This document shows, one piece after another, positions 31,022 through 42,034 of a stretch of 64,000 bases of DNA; within the stretch, counting starts at the first letter, position 1; each line of letters begins with the position of its first letter. Where the stretch lies: the NCBI GenBank assembly GCA_963701855.1, contig CAVPBK010000009.1:160001-224000 (forward strand), read 5' to 3'. The position numbers were made by a program, and so were the translations under genes. Below the pieces are notes generated by a model. That model searched no databases. It was given only the letters and a program-made list of their open reading frames with translations, and was not told the DNA's origin. The stretch is from Nitrospirota bacterium. GTDB taxonomy: Bacteria; Nitrospirota; Nitrospiria; Nitrospirales; Nitrospiraceae.

Positions 31022-31586
31022 GTCCACTTCGATTCTCCGCTTCCTAAGGGACATCCCGGCACACTTGCGCACGACTCTGGTGAGAGGCCCTCGGATGTCT
31101 TCTGTGGCGCTGGGTTCTGAATAAATTCAGCGGGTTTCCTGCATCCAGCTGACCACGCTGTCTGTCCACAGTTTAAATGGGGCACAACATTACTCTACGG
31201 ATCAAGAACCTTTAGGGCCCTTGCTGTGCACGAGGCTGATGCAGTGATCACGCGACGGAGAGCGGAGATCATAAGGCGTGTCACCATAACGATTGAGTAC
31301 ACGTGGGAGACCAGGCACACCGGGGAGCCGCTCGAGCATATACCCAGACATCACCAGCATACTACGAGGGATAGGGATAGAATGTCCCTCGTCGGACAAG
31401 ATGTTTCGCCTGGTGGGTAAGTCCGTAGTCTGCTCCGCTTCTGAAAATCACTCTAACATCTTGACAGTTTTGCAAATATCCTTGAGTGCGCCTCCAGCCT
31501 AAATCGGTGGCAGGAAATTTGCGGGTGATCTCATTCCAAGATTGCACGATATGTTTTTAGCATCTGGAAGAAAGGAGAATCGCCGC

Positions 31587-32222
31587 ATGCCTACTATGCG
31601 ATACATTCTGGTAAGTGCAATCGGCATATACGCGATAGGCGTGGCGGTGCTGCTGGGGCACGGGTATCTTGCCCAGTCATTTCCGATTCTCCTGAAGACT
31701 CATGACGAGGCAGTGCAGGACGGAGCGAAGGTGACGGTGCAGTTTCAAATCACGCCGCGGGATAATCCCACCACGACCTACAGCGATACCGAGCAGTTTA
31801 TCCAAGGCCAGCATATTATCCCGCCAGGCCTTGAGCAGCGGATGGCAGGCATGCACCCAGGAGAGAGCAAGACGTTTCCTCTCTCGGCGGAAGAAGGTTT
31901 TGGCCCCTATGATGACACAAAAACTCAAATTATCCCGGCAGCCGATCTGCCGCTCAAAGCCCGGGAAGGCGACACGGTAACTGATGATGCAGGCAGGCGT
32001 GCCAGGATCGTACGGATCTTGCCGGAGCAAGCTGTGCTTGATCTCAACCATCCCCTAGCGGGGCAACCGCTGATTGTCACGCTGCAGATCATGGCGATTG
32101 AGAATCCAGATGAGGTGAGCCCACACGTACCCGGGGATGACAATGATCCGAAGCTCATGATTGTCGCTCCCGAGACCCATGCTGTCTCGACGGATCGTAA
32201 TCTGCATAGCATCTCCCTGTAG
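31587..32222 (+). CDS. FKBP-type peptidyl-prolyl isomerase (SlyD-like) with N-terminal membrane anchor
   Basis: FIQGQHIIPPGLE, EEGFGPYD, LDLNHPLAGQPL. Confidence 0.85.
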   Translation: MPTMRYILVSAIGIYAIGVAVLLGHGYLAQSFPILLKTHDEAVQDGAKVTVQFQITPRDNPTTTYSDTEQFIQGQHIIPPGLEQRMAGMHPGESKTFPLSAEEGFGPYDDTKTQIIPAADLPLKAREGDTVTDDAGRRARIVRILPEQAVLDLNHPLAGQPLIVTLQIMAIENPDEVSPHVPGDDNDPKLMIVAPETHAVSTDRNLHSISL

Positions 32223-32304
32223 CGCGTCCTCTGGCGATGGTCGCGCGACACGGGGTACCGGTTCTGGATAGCTTATTGGCTTGGATATGAGTTGAGAAGG
32301 TTTT

Positions 32305-32742
32305 ATGCTCCGACGATACATCAATATCATTATCCTATTGACTAGTGCAGTGCTTTCTGCAGCTTGTGTCCATCGGGCTGCTTCCGTCAACTCCCCTCCT
32401 CCATGGATAACATCACAGACAGGTGACCGGCATGTCCTCGCTGGTGAATGGGAATATATCGATGGCACTGGTGCGGCTGTCCGGTTAACGCTCGACGAGC
32501 AGGGGAACGGTCATTATGAATGGAAAGACGGGCGGTTCGAAACTCACAGATTCATCGATCATTCCTGGAGCGGCATGTGGTTTCAGGAGGAGAACGACCG
32601 AGATGGCGGATTTACGGTTGAGTTTTCGCCTGATTTTTCAGAGGGCGAGGGACAATGGTGGTACAACCGCATAGGAACCGATCATGCCCCTACTCAAAAT
32701 GGAGGAACGTTTCATCTTAGATCCTCTACGGTTTCAGGCTGA
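32305..32742 (+). CDS. Putative lipoprotein (beta-rich)
   Basis: Lipobox-like LSAAC; Trp/Gly-rich strands. Confidence 0.65.
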   Translation: MLRRYINIIILLTSAVLSAACVHRAASVNSPPPWITSQTGDRHVLAGEWEYIDGTGAAVRLTLDEQGNGHYEWKDGRFETHRFIDHSWSGMWFQEENDRDGGFTVEFSPDFSEGEGQWWYNRIGTDHAPTQNGGTFHLRSSTVSG

Positions 32743-32886
32743 AGAATGAGCGGGATTCCAGCGGAGAGACAAACACTAGCCATTCGCCACCATGAGCGGC
32801 AAATAGGCACAAGCAGCCAGTTAGGCTGCATTGACATAGCGTAATACGTTTGGTGTAATTCCTTGGTCAAACCGGAGTACCCGGGG

Positions 32887-33375
32887 ATGGCCCCTAAGCC
32901 TGAACCTCTCGCAACTTCCGTACTGCTCATCGATGGGAGCAAGAACCAGCGTGCGTACTGGGCAGACCAACTGAAGCGCTGCTCCCTCGACTATGAGATC
33001 ATAGAAGCCCCCGACGCGCAATCAGGACTTGAGTTCTACCAATCTCGACGGGTCGATTGCGTGGTCCTCGAACTCGCACTGCCCGATGAATTGGGCTTCC
33101 AGTTATTGATAGATTTAGTCCCAATTCCCAGCAGGCCGCACGTTGCTGTGATTGTCCTCACCCAGATGGCACAACGAGGTGTGTGGGAGCTAGCCAAGCA
33201 AAATGGCGCGTATGCCTGTTTTGTCAAACGGCACACGACAGGCGAGGATTTGGACAGGGCCATTCAGCGGGCTATCGCATTTGTTGGGCAGATGCCCAAG
33301 GAGGATAGGGCGTCGGCCCGGCCAATCTCTCGTCTCGAGCAGACAAAAATAGATGTGGAAACGCCCCAGTCCTAA
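32887..33375 (+). CDS. Atypical receiver-domain protein
   Basis: Receiver pattern VLLIDGS...VVLELALPDELGF...IVLT...FVK, with Glu at the phospho-acceptor position. Confidence 0.7.
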   Translation: MAPKPEPLATSVLLIDGSKNQRAYWADQLKRCSLDYEIIEAPDAQSGLEFYQSRRVDCVVLELALPDELGFQLLIDLVPIPSRPHVAVIVLTQMAQRGVWELAKQNGAYACFVKRHTTGEDLDRAIQRAIAFVGQMPKEDRASARPISRLEQTKIDVETPQS

Positions 33376-33679
33376 TTCACGAGCGCACTTTTCGAGATCA
33401 CATGAAGAAGGCTCGGGTCCTTTCGGAACCGAGCCTCCTGCTCCATCTCGCGAAGGGGTGCGACTCTCATCGCGCGGCTGAAGTATGGTGACCATACCGC
33501 ACCCTGAATGAGAGTGTAGACCAGGGAAAACCCTGGTTTTCCCATAAGAGATCTCCGGCTGTCCGATCTGTCTCACGCCGCGGTATCATCATCGTCTTTG
33601 CCTGTCCCTGATCACGCGCTATCAAACATTGAATTAACCGATCTTGTGCGGTTATATCTTGTCGACCCCTCGTGCATCT

Positions 33680-35251
33680 TTAGCGGTGTCCTGAGAAAGT
33701 CTCCGACGCCCCGTGGCCCGGTATACCCGCGGCCTTCCGCGGCGTGTTGTCGACCGGTGCCTCCATGAGCACTGTCCTTTCGGTCGCCTCGCTCTGAGCC
33801 TGCTGCTTGATGGGCACTCGTCCAAAGGCGCTGGCGGTCCCTTCCAACAACACATCGGCCACGAGGGCGTCTTTGGTCGAGGAGACCTGGCCGGCTTCCT
33901 GGCGTCCCATCAATAGATTCATGGACAACCCTCCGGCCTTATGCTGGCCGCTCAGTGCATTCTTCATACTTCCGATCCGCTGCGCCAAATCGACTGTGGC
34001 GGCTTGCCGCAAGCGTGGCCTTAATTCTTCATCCACTACTTGCCAGTACCCGTCCGTCACCTCATCCAGCGCCATCTTTGTTTCATTGGCCATCTGGAGA
34101 TCCGGGATCGTAATCACATTGCCCTCATGCTCCAATCGCGGCGTGCCCCAATAGTACAGGATGCCGCTGACGGCTCCGCTGGTCTCCACTGAAAAGAGCG
34201 ACCGGCCGTTGACGTCGGAAGCCCCTGCGTGTTCGATCGTCAAGGTGTTCCTGAACGACGTGCGCAGCTTCACCTCATGATGGAATAGTTTGTCCTGCAG
34301 TTGTTGAGAAAGGACGCCATAGGGCACCGGCACGCTGAGAAGGATTTTATACGGTTGTCCCTCCTGCACCGCAACTGCCGTATTGTCCATATACACCTTC
34401 AGCGGCGGTGTAGTCGCCGGCTTTTGGCACGGTGTCTGATACAGAGCGACCGGCGTTTGCCGGACGGCTCCCATGATCGTCGTCAGCTGTGCCGGCCCCT
34501 TGAGCGAGCCGACGGTGAAGTCCTGCGCTTTGCCATACAGACAGAGCTTGCTATTCGCGTACCCGACGATCAATGGTTCCTGTAATCGATCCCAGACGAG
34601 CTGAATCGGAATGGAATAGCCAGCTCGCTCGAGGGATTGGCTGATTTGTTGATTGATCGCTTCCTGTTGGAACAGCTCAACCAATTGATCTTTCACCACT
34701 ACATTGAACATATTGCATTTGCTATCGCTCTCCGGCTTCAAATTAATGGAGATCCTTAAATCGCTCATTGTGACGAGAAGGCCTTGGTCCTGCTCACGCA
34801 GCATGAGTCGACCAGTTCCTTCCAGCACTGGAAAGAGAGGATCGAGCCTGCAGGCGCGTGCGGCAGTGGATTCAATCTCTCCCCGGTAAACCGCTTGATA
34901 CTTCACCAATCCATCTTGAATGAACACCTCTGGCTGGCCTTCTCGGACAAATTGCCAGCGGTAGGCGTTCGCGAGTGGGTGACCCTCATCGGTAAACCGT
35001 TCGGGTATCGCCGCTTGAATGGCCCGTTGCACAGGGGTGAGATCGGCCGTGAGGATCACCGGCAATATCGATTCGGGAGCCTGCGCTTGTTTTCCGCCAG
35101 CATTGAGCAGTGCGGCTGTCGGTGGAGTCTTGCCTATTTCAGGCGGCGGCTGCGGCATCCGATCGGTCGCGGGAATGGTATGGCTGCAGCCGACAAAAAT
35201 CAGCAACGGCATGAGCAACGTAACCGGTGTAAATCTAGCGAAAGATTTCAT
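33680..35251 (-). CDS. DUF4403-like lipoprotein
   Basis: GGAGG RBS; lipobox FVGC; 523 aa; YYWGTP motif. Confidence 0.65.
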   Translation of the reverse strand: MKSFARFTPVTLLMPLLIFVGCSHTIPATDRMPQPPPEIGKTPPTAALLNAGGKQAQAPESILPVILTADLTPVQRAIQAAIPERFTDEGHPLANAYRWQFVREGQPEVFIQDGLVKYQAVYRGEIESTAARACRLDPLFPVLEGTGRLMLREQDQGLLVTMSDLRISINLKPESDSKCNMFNVVVKDQLVELFQQEAINQQISQSLERAGYSIPIQLVWDRLQEPLIVGYANSKLCLYGKAQDFTVGSLKGPAQLTTIMGAVRQTPVALYQTPCQKPATTPPLKVYMDNTAVAVQEGQPYKILLSVPVPYGVLSQQLQDKLFHHEVKLRTSFRNTLTIEHAGASDVNGRSLFSVETSGAVSGILYYWGTPRLEHEGNVITIPDLQMANETKMALDEVTDGYWQVVDEELRPRLRQAATVDLAQRIGSMKNALSGQHKAGGLSMNLLMGRQEAGQVSSTKDALVADVLLEGTASAFGRVPIKQQAQSEATERTVLMEAPVDNTPRKAAGIPGHGASETFSGHR

Positions 35252-35372
35252 GGCACCTCCTTGCGCTTCAAAGCATGGTTGCAGCCCATGACACTGGAAT
35301 GGATAACCTGCATACTTGATTGGCACACTTCCTAAGCCCTACCCATCCTTGCTCTTCATTCAGCCGATGTTG

Positions 35373-35388
35373 AGCAAGGCTAATGCCA
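35373..35388 (-). promoter_or_regulatory. Sigma54 promoter for the DUF4403-like gene
   Basis: Minus strand TGGCATTAGCCTTGCT. Confidence 0.6.
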
Positions 35389-35659
35389 TGATTGCTACGT
35401 GGGGGAGATTGATCAGCCTGCAACAGAGGAAGTGTGTGGAATTACACGAAGATGGTGAGGAGAGTGGTTCTACCGATCAACTCCACCACTTTCGAATGCA
35501 GTGTGATCTCACCGAGGGCCAGAGAACAATCTGTCCGTCTCTAACAGGGCCGAAGGAGTGCCTTGACGGAAAATGCCTTGATGTTTATATCATTTCGAGT
35601 TGGCCCGGATGTCCAGGAAGAATGTTTCCGCACCAGACAACATGTCAGCTTGGAAAGCT

Positions 35660-36229
35660 ACAGGCGCAGGGGTCCACCACGCCGATGAAGTATTTCCAGC
35701 GATGACGCAGCTGGTCCCGCGCAGGACTAATGGCACCAAGATTTTCTTCGAATCAGGGCGGTGGCCCCGAACCGAAACGCGACACAACGCCAGGAACCCG
35801 TGCGATAACCAGGCGATCATGCCCGATGGCCTGCGGTAATTCTAGAACAAGCGCCTCTCCTTCCCCTTTAAGCATGCAATCAATCGTTCCTGCGCCGTGA
35901 TCCAAGAACTGTTTCGCTATAAACGAAGCGCTATGGCCGACGCCAAACACAAAACTCTCCGGGAGTGTGGCCTTCGTCAGTTTGGCGAGATCAATAATTT
36001 CCGGCACGTTCGCCAGATGATTGCAGGAGAATGCGACGACATCGGGCCGCCAGGTATGAGACAGCACAGAATAATCCCGATGAGCTTCGACCTGAAAATC
36101 AATGAGGCATACCGCATATCCGGTTTGGCGGATGTGACTTGAGCCACAAGCTCTAATTCAAGCGGCTCCAATCGGAAGATAAAGTTTTGTGTATATTAAC
36201 GCGCTGGGATGGACGGCAAGTACCTTCAT
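35660..36229 (-). pseudogene. hpnR: 5' fragment of a B12-dependent radical SAM methylase, hopanoid C-3 methylase-like
   Basis: MKVLAVHPS, LEPLELELVA, WRPDVVAFSCNHLANVPEIIDLAK, GHSASF, KGEGE, KYFIGVVDPCA; frameshifts and a stop; ends before the CxxxCxxC motif. Confidence 0.75.
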
Positions 36230-37345
36230 GCTATCTCCTATCCCGCAGCATTAATACTCATGATACTGGCGGACTCAAAGCCATCTGACGAAATTCATCG
36301 TGACCTACGCCATACTTCTGCCGTTCTCACAGCCCTGAAATATTAACCCTTAGGAGGCTCGGCTCGGATTGAGATGCCAATTTGCTCCTACTTCCAATTC
36401 GAGGAGCTAGGAGTATCCCTTGCTGGGACTGTCTTACTGTCCTAGGAGTGTCGGACTGAGCGACTGGACGACGTGCGGGACGAAAACCGAGCAAGCAGAT
36501 GTTGTCTCATCATTTCACTGTGAGTAAATCTAGGGTTCTTTCTAGCATTACAGAGAAAGACTTCAGTGCAGACTGACTGAACAGTCTTGTTGCCTAACGC
36601 TTTCTTAGAAAAGGAGGGAGATATGCCAGCTCATTTCATGCCTCTCCTACAATCCGGCGTCATTCGCCCATGCGGATCAGTGTCACGATTCGCTAAGGCG
36701 CAAGGAATGTGGCCCTCAATCTTTCGATGGCTCCGGTTATCTCGGGCGAGCCGAACCCCTACTCGAGCTGTTCGTCGATGAGGATGGGTTTTTACAGGAG
36801 GCACGTTATCCAGTGCTCTTGAATGCCGCTGCCGATTGATCTGTTATGGGAGTGGTTGGAGGAGCCGACATTCCCATTCGAAGCGGTGTTGCACGCCATC
36901 TGGCGTTGGGACTCCGGCAAAGAACAACGCGCCGTTCTGACTGTGCGTCCCTTTGGCAGTTAGTGATTTTGCCGACGTGTCACGTTCTGTACGAACAAGA
37001 ACCTGGTGGCGCGAACTGGGATTATGGTCCCAACGGCGGTCCCTTGAAGCTGGAAGGCGAATCGACCAACATCGTGCTCAATCCAAACCGTAGGACCTAT
37101 GGTTCCATGTGAACTCGGTTACCCCACACGCACAATCTTCTCATCCTCAAACCGCCTACCAAAGTTCACCTCATCCTCATCCCTCATTCTTGCCTTCATA
37201 AGTTCTCGACAGAAAACGCGGGAAGTTCCTAGGTCAGAAACCACTCAGGGGGGTGTACAGATAGCTTATATGATTGTGAACCTCTAACCGAGAAGTCGTC
37301 GCTTGTAATTTCTTCACAAATTCACCGATTCAACAGGGAGGACGT

Positions 37346-37657
37346 ATGATCAAGCTCACATTGTCGATATTCACGGTGGTGATACTAGGTGTTGGAGCCG
37401 GGATAGCTGAAGCCGCTAATCCGATGTCAGACAAAGAGGCCAAGCCGACCTTGGGAGAGCGCTTCACCAAAAACACGATCAAAGGAACGCTGATGAAGAT
37501 GGAAGGCGAATATATGTGGATCAAGGATACTGACGGTAAGGAAAGCAGGATTCACGTCGATAACAGCACGAAACTGGATAAGGTGGTAGTGGGAGATACG
37601 GTCAAAGCCTATATCACGGACCAGGGACATACCACGACGCTTCAGCGCGATGAGTGA
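37346..37657 (+). CDS. Small secreted OB-fold-like protein
   Basis: GGAGG RBS; signal peptide; TIKGTLMKMEG...GKESRIHVD...GDTVKA. Confidence 0.75.
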   Translation: MIKLTLSIFTVVILGVGAGIAEAANPMSDKEAKPTLGERFTKNTIKGTLMKMEGEYMWIKDTDGKESRIHVDNSTKLDKVVVGDTVKAYITDQGHTTTLQRDE

Positions 37658-37849
37658 CCTGCTGCTGTGTCGTGAGGCCCAGAGCCCTTATCGATGTAGG
37701 AATCCGCGAACTACTCGGTATGGCTCCATGATGGGCCGGACTCCAAATCAGACAAGCAAGATAGACAAGCTTCAGATACTCGACGGCGTGGGGGCCCAGC
37801 GTGGAACGACGAGCACCACGTTCGAACATGTAAGCGGGACGATATTCGC

Positions 37850-38548
37850 ATGAGCAGTGTATATCGGATAGCCTCGAGAAAACTCAAAGCTTTCGGCGCA
37901 GGTGCGCGCTGGCTAACGTGTATAGCCTCGTTCATCCTGGTACCGACCAGCATGCCTGAATCGGCACACTCCTCGGCTCAATCTAGCCCAACTGAAGCGA
38001 TGCGAACTACCGTCAATCAAGCCCTCGGAGTCTTGCGGGATCAAGAACTCAAGAAACCGGATCGGACGGACGAGCGGGGCACTCAGCTGAAAAGGATCGC
38101 AGGATCACGTTTTGACTATGGAGAGATGGCGAAGCGGTCGCTTGGGGGTCAGTGGGATAAATTAGATGAGAGGCAGCGACAAGAGTTTGTCGACCTGTTC
38201 ACAGAGTTTTTGACAGCTACATATATGGAAAAAATCCATGCCTACTCCGGTGAGGAGGTTACATTCCTCAACGAACGGCTTGACGGGACCTATGCGGAGG
38301 TCAAGAGCATCATGGTTGGGAAGAAAACAGAGATCCCAATCAGCTACAGGCTTCTGCTGAAAGGAGCCGACTGGAAAGCGTACGATGTGATAGTTGATGG
38401 AATCAGTCTGGTCAGGAATTATCGAGAGCAGTTTGCAACGATTCTTCGCTCATCGTCATACGAGCATTTGCTCCAAATCCTGCGCGAGAAGAACACGCAA
38501 TACAACGTGAAGACCAAGAGCTCTGAAAGGGTCACATCATCCCGATAA
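37850..38548 (+). CDS. MlaC/Ttg2D-family periplasmic protein
   Basis: FDYGEMAKRSLG..W, WKAYDVIVDGISLVRNYREQF. Confidence 0.88.
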   Translation: MSSVYRIASRKLKAFGAGARWLTCIASFILVPTSMPESAHSSAQSSPTEAMRTTVNQALGVLRDQELKKPDRTDERGTQLKRIAGSRFDYGEMAKRSLGGQWDKLDERQRQEFVDLFTEFLTATYMEKIHAYSGEEVTFLNERLDGTYAEVKSIMVGKKTEIPISYRLLLKGADWKAYDVIVDGISLVRNYREQFATILRSSSYEHLLQILREKNTQYNVKTKSSERVTSSR

Positions 38549-38709
38549 GCAGCACTAGGCTCACCAAGGCTTGTGCTCAGGCAAATCCCCGCCGTCTTGC
38601 CGTCATATATCATGAACGAGCCGTGATAGGAATCATGGTGTGACGAGATCCATACGCCACTGTATCGCTCGGGACCACTTGAGAGAAGGGAAAGACCCTT
38701 CGAATATGC

Positions 38710-39126
38710 TTATTTATTCATCGTTTCAGGCATCGGCTGGACCGTTACTGCCAATTCGAGGATCGACGCACCCATGATCTTATCTACCTGTCCATCCTCA
38801 TTCAAATGAATAGTCACACGATCGCCGACCGACAGATTCCGAATCAGATCCGGTTTCTTCACTTCAAGGTATATGGGCTTGCCAAGATCGGTTCTGATCA
38901 TCCCCCTTCCACTCGACAAATTCAAGGCAGACAATGTGCCAGCTACCTCGTATGGCTTCAATGTCTCGGTTTTCTCGCGGTTGGAGCCTGCACCGTTCGC
39001 CATTGCCGGCATCCATCCTGAGACAAGAATCAGACACGTGAGGATCCTCAGCAAGTTTCTGCCATGTAGCATTCTCGGTTTATGGGAGATTGGCGCTCCG
39101 TCAGATGGCGTTATCGGGGTTGGCAT
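38710..39126 (-). CDS. Small secreted OB-fold-like protein
   Basis: Signal region; VAGTLSALN...LSVGDRVTI. Confidence 0.65.
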   Translation of the reverse strand: MPTPITPSDGAPISHKPRMLHGRNLLRILTCLILVSGWMPAMANGAGSNREKTETLKPYEVAGTLSALNLSSGRGMIRTDLGKPIYLEVKKPDLIRNLSVGDRVTIHLNEDGQVDKIMGASILELAVTVQPMPETMNK

Positions 39127-39133
39127 ACTGACC

Positions 39134-39358
39134 TCATCGTGGGGGTTGAGGTGGGATCGGCTGTGGTGGTGTCGGATCTGTCGGTCCCGGGCCTCCCAGT
39201 TTGGGAGCGGGATTCGGCGAAGGTGAGGGAACAGGATGCATGGGTCCCGGTATGGGTTTCGGGTCCGCCGTTTGATGTGGCTCCATGACCGGCATGAAGC
39301 CTACCATCGCCAACACACACAACAGTCCCGCTCCTACCTGTTGCCTCGTGGAGTTCAT
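39134..39358 (-). CDS. Small Pro-rich secreted/membrane peptide
   Basis: Hydrophobic N-terminus then PKPIPGP...PPQPIPPQPPR. Confidence 0.45.
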   Translation of the reverse strand: MNSTRQQVGAGLLCVLAMVGFMPVMEPHQTADPKPIPGPMHPVPSPSPNPAPKLGGPGPTDPTPPQPIPPQPPR

Positions 39359-39632
39359 GGGACAAAAAATGGTTGCCACTGGGCCCTTCTTTCCGTTGAA
39401 CACTGAATAGGTCAGATGCTATTGCTGAGGGTCAAGCATACTCTAAGCTCCCTCAGTCGGTTCTAGCACTGGGAGCTTCCCTAGATTTCAAAATCGAGAG
39501 AGAGGGGAATCGAACCGCCGAAACTGAATGAGATCGCGAATGTTTTCGGATGGACTTAGCTACTGACCTGGAGTCTCGCGCTTCCTCTCTCTTCTTTTTG
39601 ATGGATGAGTGTCTCTCCCTCCAGCTAGATCT

Positions 39633-39648
39633 CAAGGGATTTTCCTAG
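39633..39648. promoter_or_regulatory. CTRGG-N6-CCTAG-type palindrome upstream of glgX-treZ-treY
   Basis: CAAGGGATTTTCCTAG; a second copy CTGGGAGCTTCCCTAG at 39469-39484. Confidence 0.55.
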
Positions 39649-39819
39649 TCGCTCGAACCATCGTAGCATGTTAATTATAAAGTACGGCTTTGGCTCTCAT
39701 TATGATTCCAGAGGGGTGGACATATCGGCAAGTCACCGACGCGGTAGGTCCCTCTTCCGTGAGAAAGAATGTTTCCCTTGAATCAGCTCGTCATCAAGCC
39801 GGAGCCTTGGAATCGGACC

Positions 39820-42030
39820 ATGAATGAAGCCGTGAATCCAACCACGCAATGGCCCGGACAACCCTATCCCCTGGGCGCCACGTGGGACGGCAAAGGCGTT
39901 AACTTTGCACTCTTCTCTGAACATGCCACTGGCGTGGAATTGTGTTTATTTGAGTCAGCGGAGGCGGAAACGGAATCTGTGCGCATCCGCCTCACCGAAT
40001 ATACGGACCATGTGTGGCACGCGTACTTACCGGAGGTGTTGCCGGGCCAACTCTACGGCTATCGGGTGTCTGGCCCCTATGAGCCTCAGCTGGGACATCG
40101 TTTTAATCCCAATAAGATTCTTCTTGATCCCTATGCCAAGGGGATCGGACGCAATCTAAAATGGGCTGATGACGTCTTTGGCTATCGTGTAGGAGACCCG
40201 GAAAGTGATCTCTCGTTTGACGACCGGGATAGCGCTGCGTTTGCGCCGCTCGCGATGGTAATCGACCCTGCCTTTACTTGGGGGAATGATCAACATCCGA
40301 GAACACCCTGGCACAAAACTATCCTCTATGAGCTACATGTAAAAGGATTTACCCAATTACAACAAGGTCTGCCGGAACGACTTCGAGGAACTTACGCGGG
40401 CTTGGCCACTGAATCGGTCATCAAACATCTGACTGATCTCGGCGTCACTGCGGTCGAACTGCAACCGGTGCACTATTTCCTCCATGACCGACATTTGCTC
40501 GAGCGAGGTCTGACAAACTATTGGGGCTATAATACCCTGGGATATTTTGCTCCGGCCAGCCAGTATGCAGCCCAACATATCCAACAAGACGCCGTTCAGC
40601 AGTTTAAAACAATGGTAGCGGCGTTGCATCAAGCGGGCATCGAAGTCATTCTTGATGTCGTGTACAACCATACCGCGGAGGGAAACCAATTGGGCCCGAC
40701 CCTCTCAATGAGGGGCATCGATAATCTCGCCTATTACAAGCTTACGGACCCGGATCGTCGCTACTATAGGGACTATACCGGCACGGGGAATTCTCTCAAC
40801 GTCCGACATCCTCGAGTGCTCCAGCTCATCATGGACAGCCTCCGGTACTGGGTGATCTATATGCACGTGGATGGATTCCGATTTGATTTAGCGAGTACAT
40901 TGGCACGCGAACTGTACGATGTCGACCGGCTTGGAGCATTTTTCGACATTATCCACCAAGATCCCATTCTATCGCAGGTGAAGTTGATCGCCGAACCGTG
41001 GGATGTGGGCGAAGGGGGCTATCAAGTCGGAAAATTTCCGGTGCTATGGAGTGAGTGGAACGGTATCTACCGCGATAACATCCGCCGGTTCTGGAAAGGT
41101 GATGGAGGACTTCTGCCTGATTTTGCCACTCGTCTGAGCGGAAGCAGCGATTTATATGAAGGCGACGGACGGAAACCCTACGCCAGCATCAACTTCGTGA
41201 CCTGTCACGACGGATTCACGCTACATGATTTCGTCAGCTTCGACGACAAACACAACGAGGCCAATGGCGAAAACAACCAGGACGGCACCAATGATAACTA
41301 CAGCTGGAATTGCGGTGTGGAGGGGCCAACGAATGATCCGGCGATCAATGGGCTACGAGCCCAACAGAAACGAAACTTCATGGCCACGCTACTCCTCTCC
41401 GCCGGTGTACCGATGATTTTGGCCGGAGATGAACTCGGCCACACGCAGCAGGGTAATAATAATGCGTACTGTCAGGATAATGAGACCACATGGCTCAAGT
41501 GGAATCTCACCGACGAGCAACGGGAATTTCTTCACTTCGTGCGTTCGGTTATCAATATTCGGCAAACGCAACCGGTATTTCAGCGACGGAAGTTTTTCCT
41601 GGGCCGACAGATCGATGGCGCCCACATACCGGACATTTCCTGGTTTCAGCCGTCGGGTGAAGAAATGTCCGACGAAGCCTGGAATGCAGGATACACACAA
41701 TGTCTCGGGGTTCTGCTTCCCGGCAATCTCATCTGCGATGTCGATGAACGGGGAGGACCGATCATCGGGGACTCGATCGTACTGTTGGTCAATGCACACC
41801 ACCAACCGATACCGTTTACGATGCCGTCATGCGGCGAAGTTCAGGAATGGGAGCGATTGATCGATAGCGCTGATCCAGAATCGGCAACCGTAAAACGTAA
41901 AAACGGCGAACAGTATGAAATTGCCGGCCGCTCTATGGTGATCTTGCGTTCAAAACTGCCTCAGATGGCTGAACTCCGCGAGCTAAAGTTGGTCGGAAGC
42001 GGGGGCACGTCAGGAGGTCCGCTAGGATGA
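39820..42030 (+). CDS. glgX: Glycogen debranching enzyme (GlgX/TreX)
   Basis: [48 protein letters not shown]. Confidence 0.95.
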   Translation: MNEAVNPTTQWPGQPYPLGATWDGKGVNFALFSEHATGVELCLFESAEAETESVRIRLTEYTDHVWHAYLPEVLPGQLYGYRVSGPYEPQLGHRFNPNKILLDPYAKGIGRNLKWADDVFGYRVGDPESDLSFDDRDSAAFAPLAMVIDPAFTWGNDQHPRTPWHKTILYELHVKGFTQLQQGLPERLRGTYAGLATESVIKHLTDLGVTAVELQPVHYFLHDRHLLERGLTNYWGYNTLGYFAPASQYAAQHIQQDAVQQFKTMVAALHQAGIEVILDVVYNHTAEGNQLGPTLSMRGIDNLAYYKLTDPDRRYYRDYTGTGNSLNVRHPRVLQLIMDSLRYWVIYMHVDGFRFDLASTLARELYDVDRLGAFFDIIHQDPILSQVKLIAEPWDVGEGGYQVGKFPVLWSEWNGIYRDNIRRFWKGDGGLLPDFATRLSGSSDLYEGDGRKPYASINFVTCHDGFTLHDFVSFDDKHNEANGENNQDGTNDNYSWNCGVEGPTNDPAINGLRAQQKRNFMATLLLSAGVPMILAGDELGHTQQGNNNAYCQDNETTWLKWNLTDEQREFLHFVRSVINIRQTQPVFQRRKFFLGRQIDGAHIPDISWFQPSGEEMSDEAWNAGYTQCLGVLLPGNLICDVDERGGPIIGDSIVLLVNAHHQPIPFTMPSCGEVQEWERLIDSADPESATVKRKNGEQYEIAGRSMVILRSKLPQMAELRELKLVGSGGTSGGPLG

Positions 42031-42034
42031 GTAT

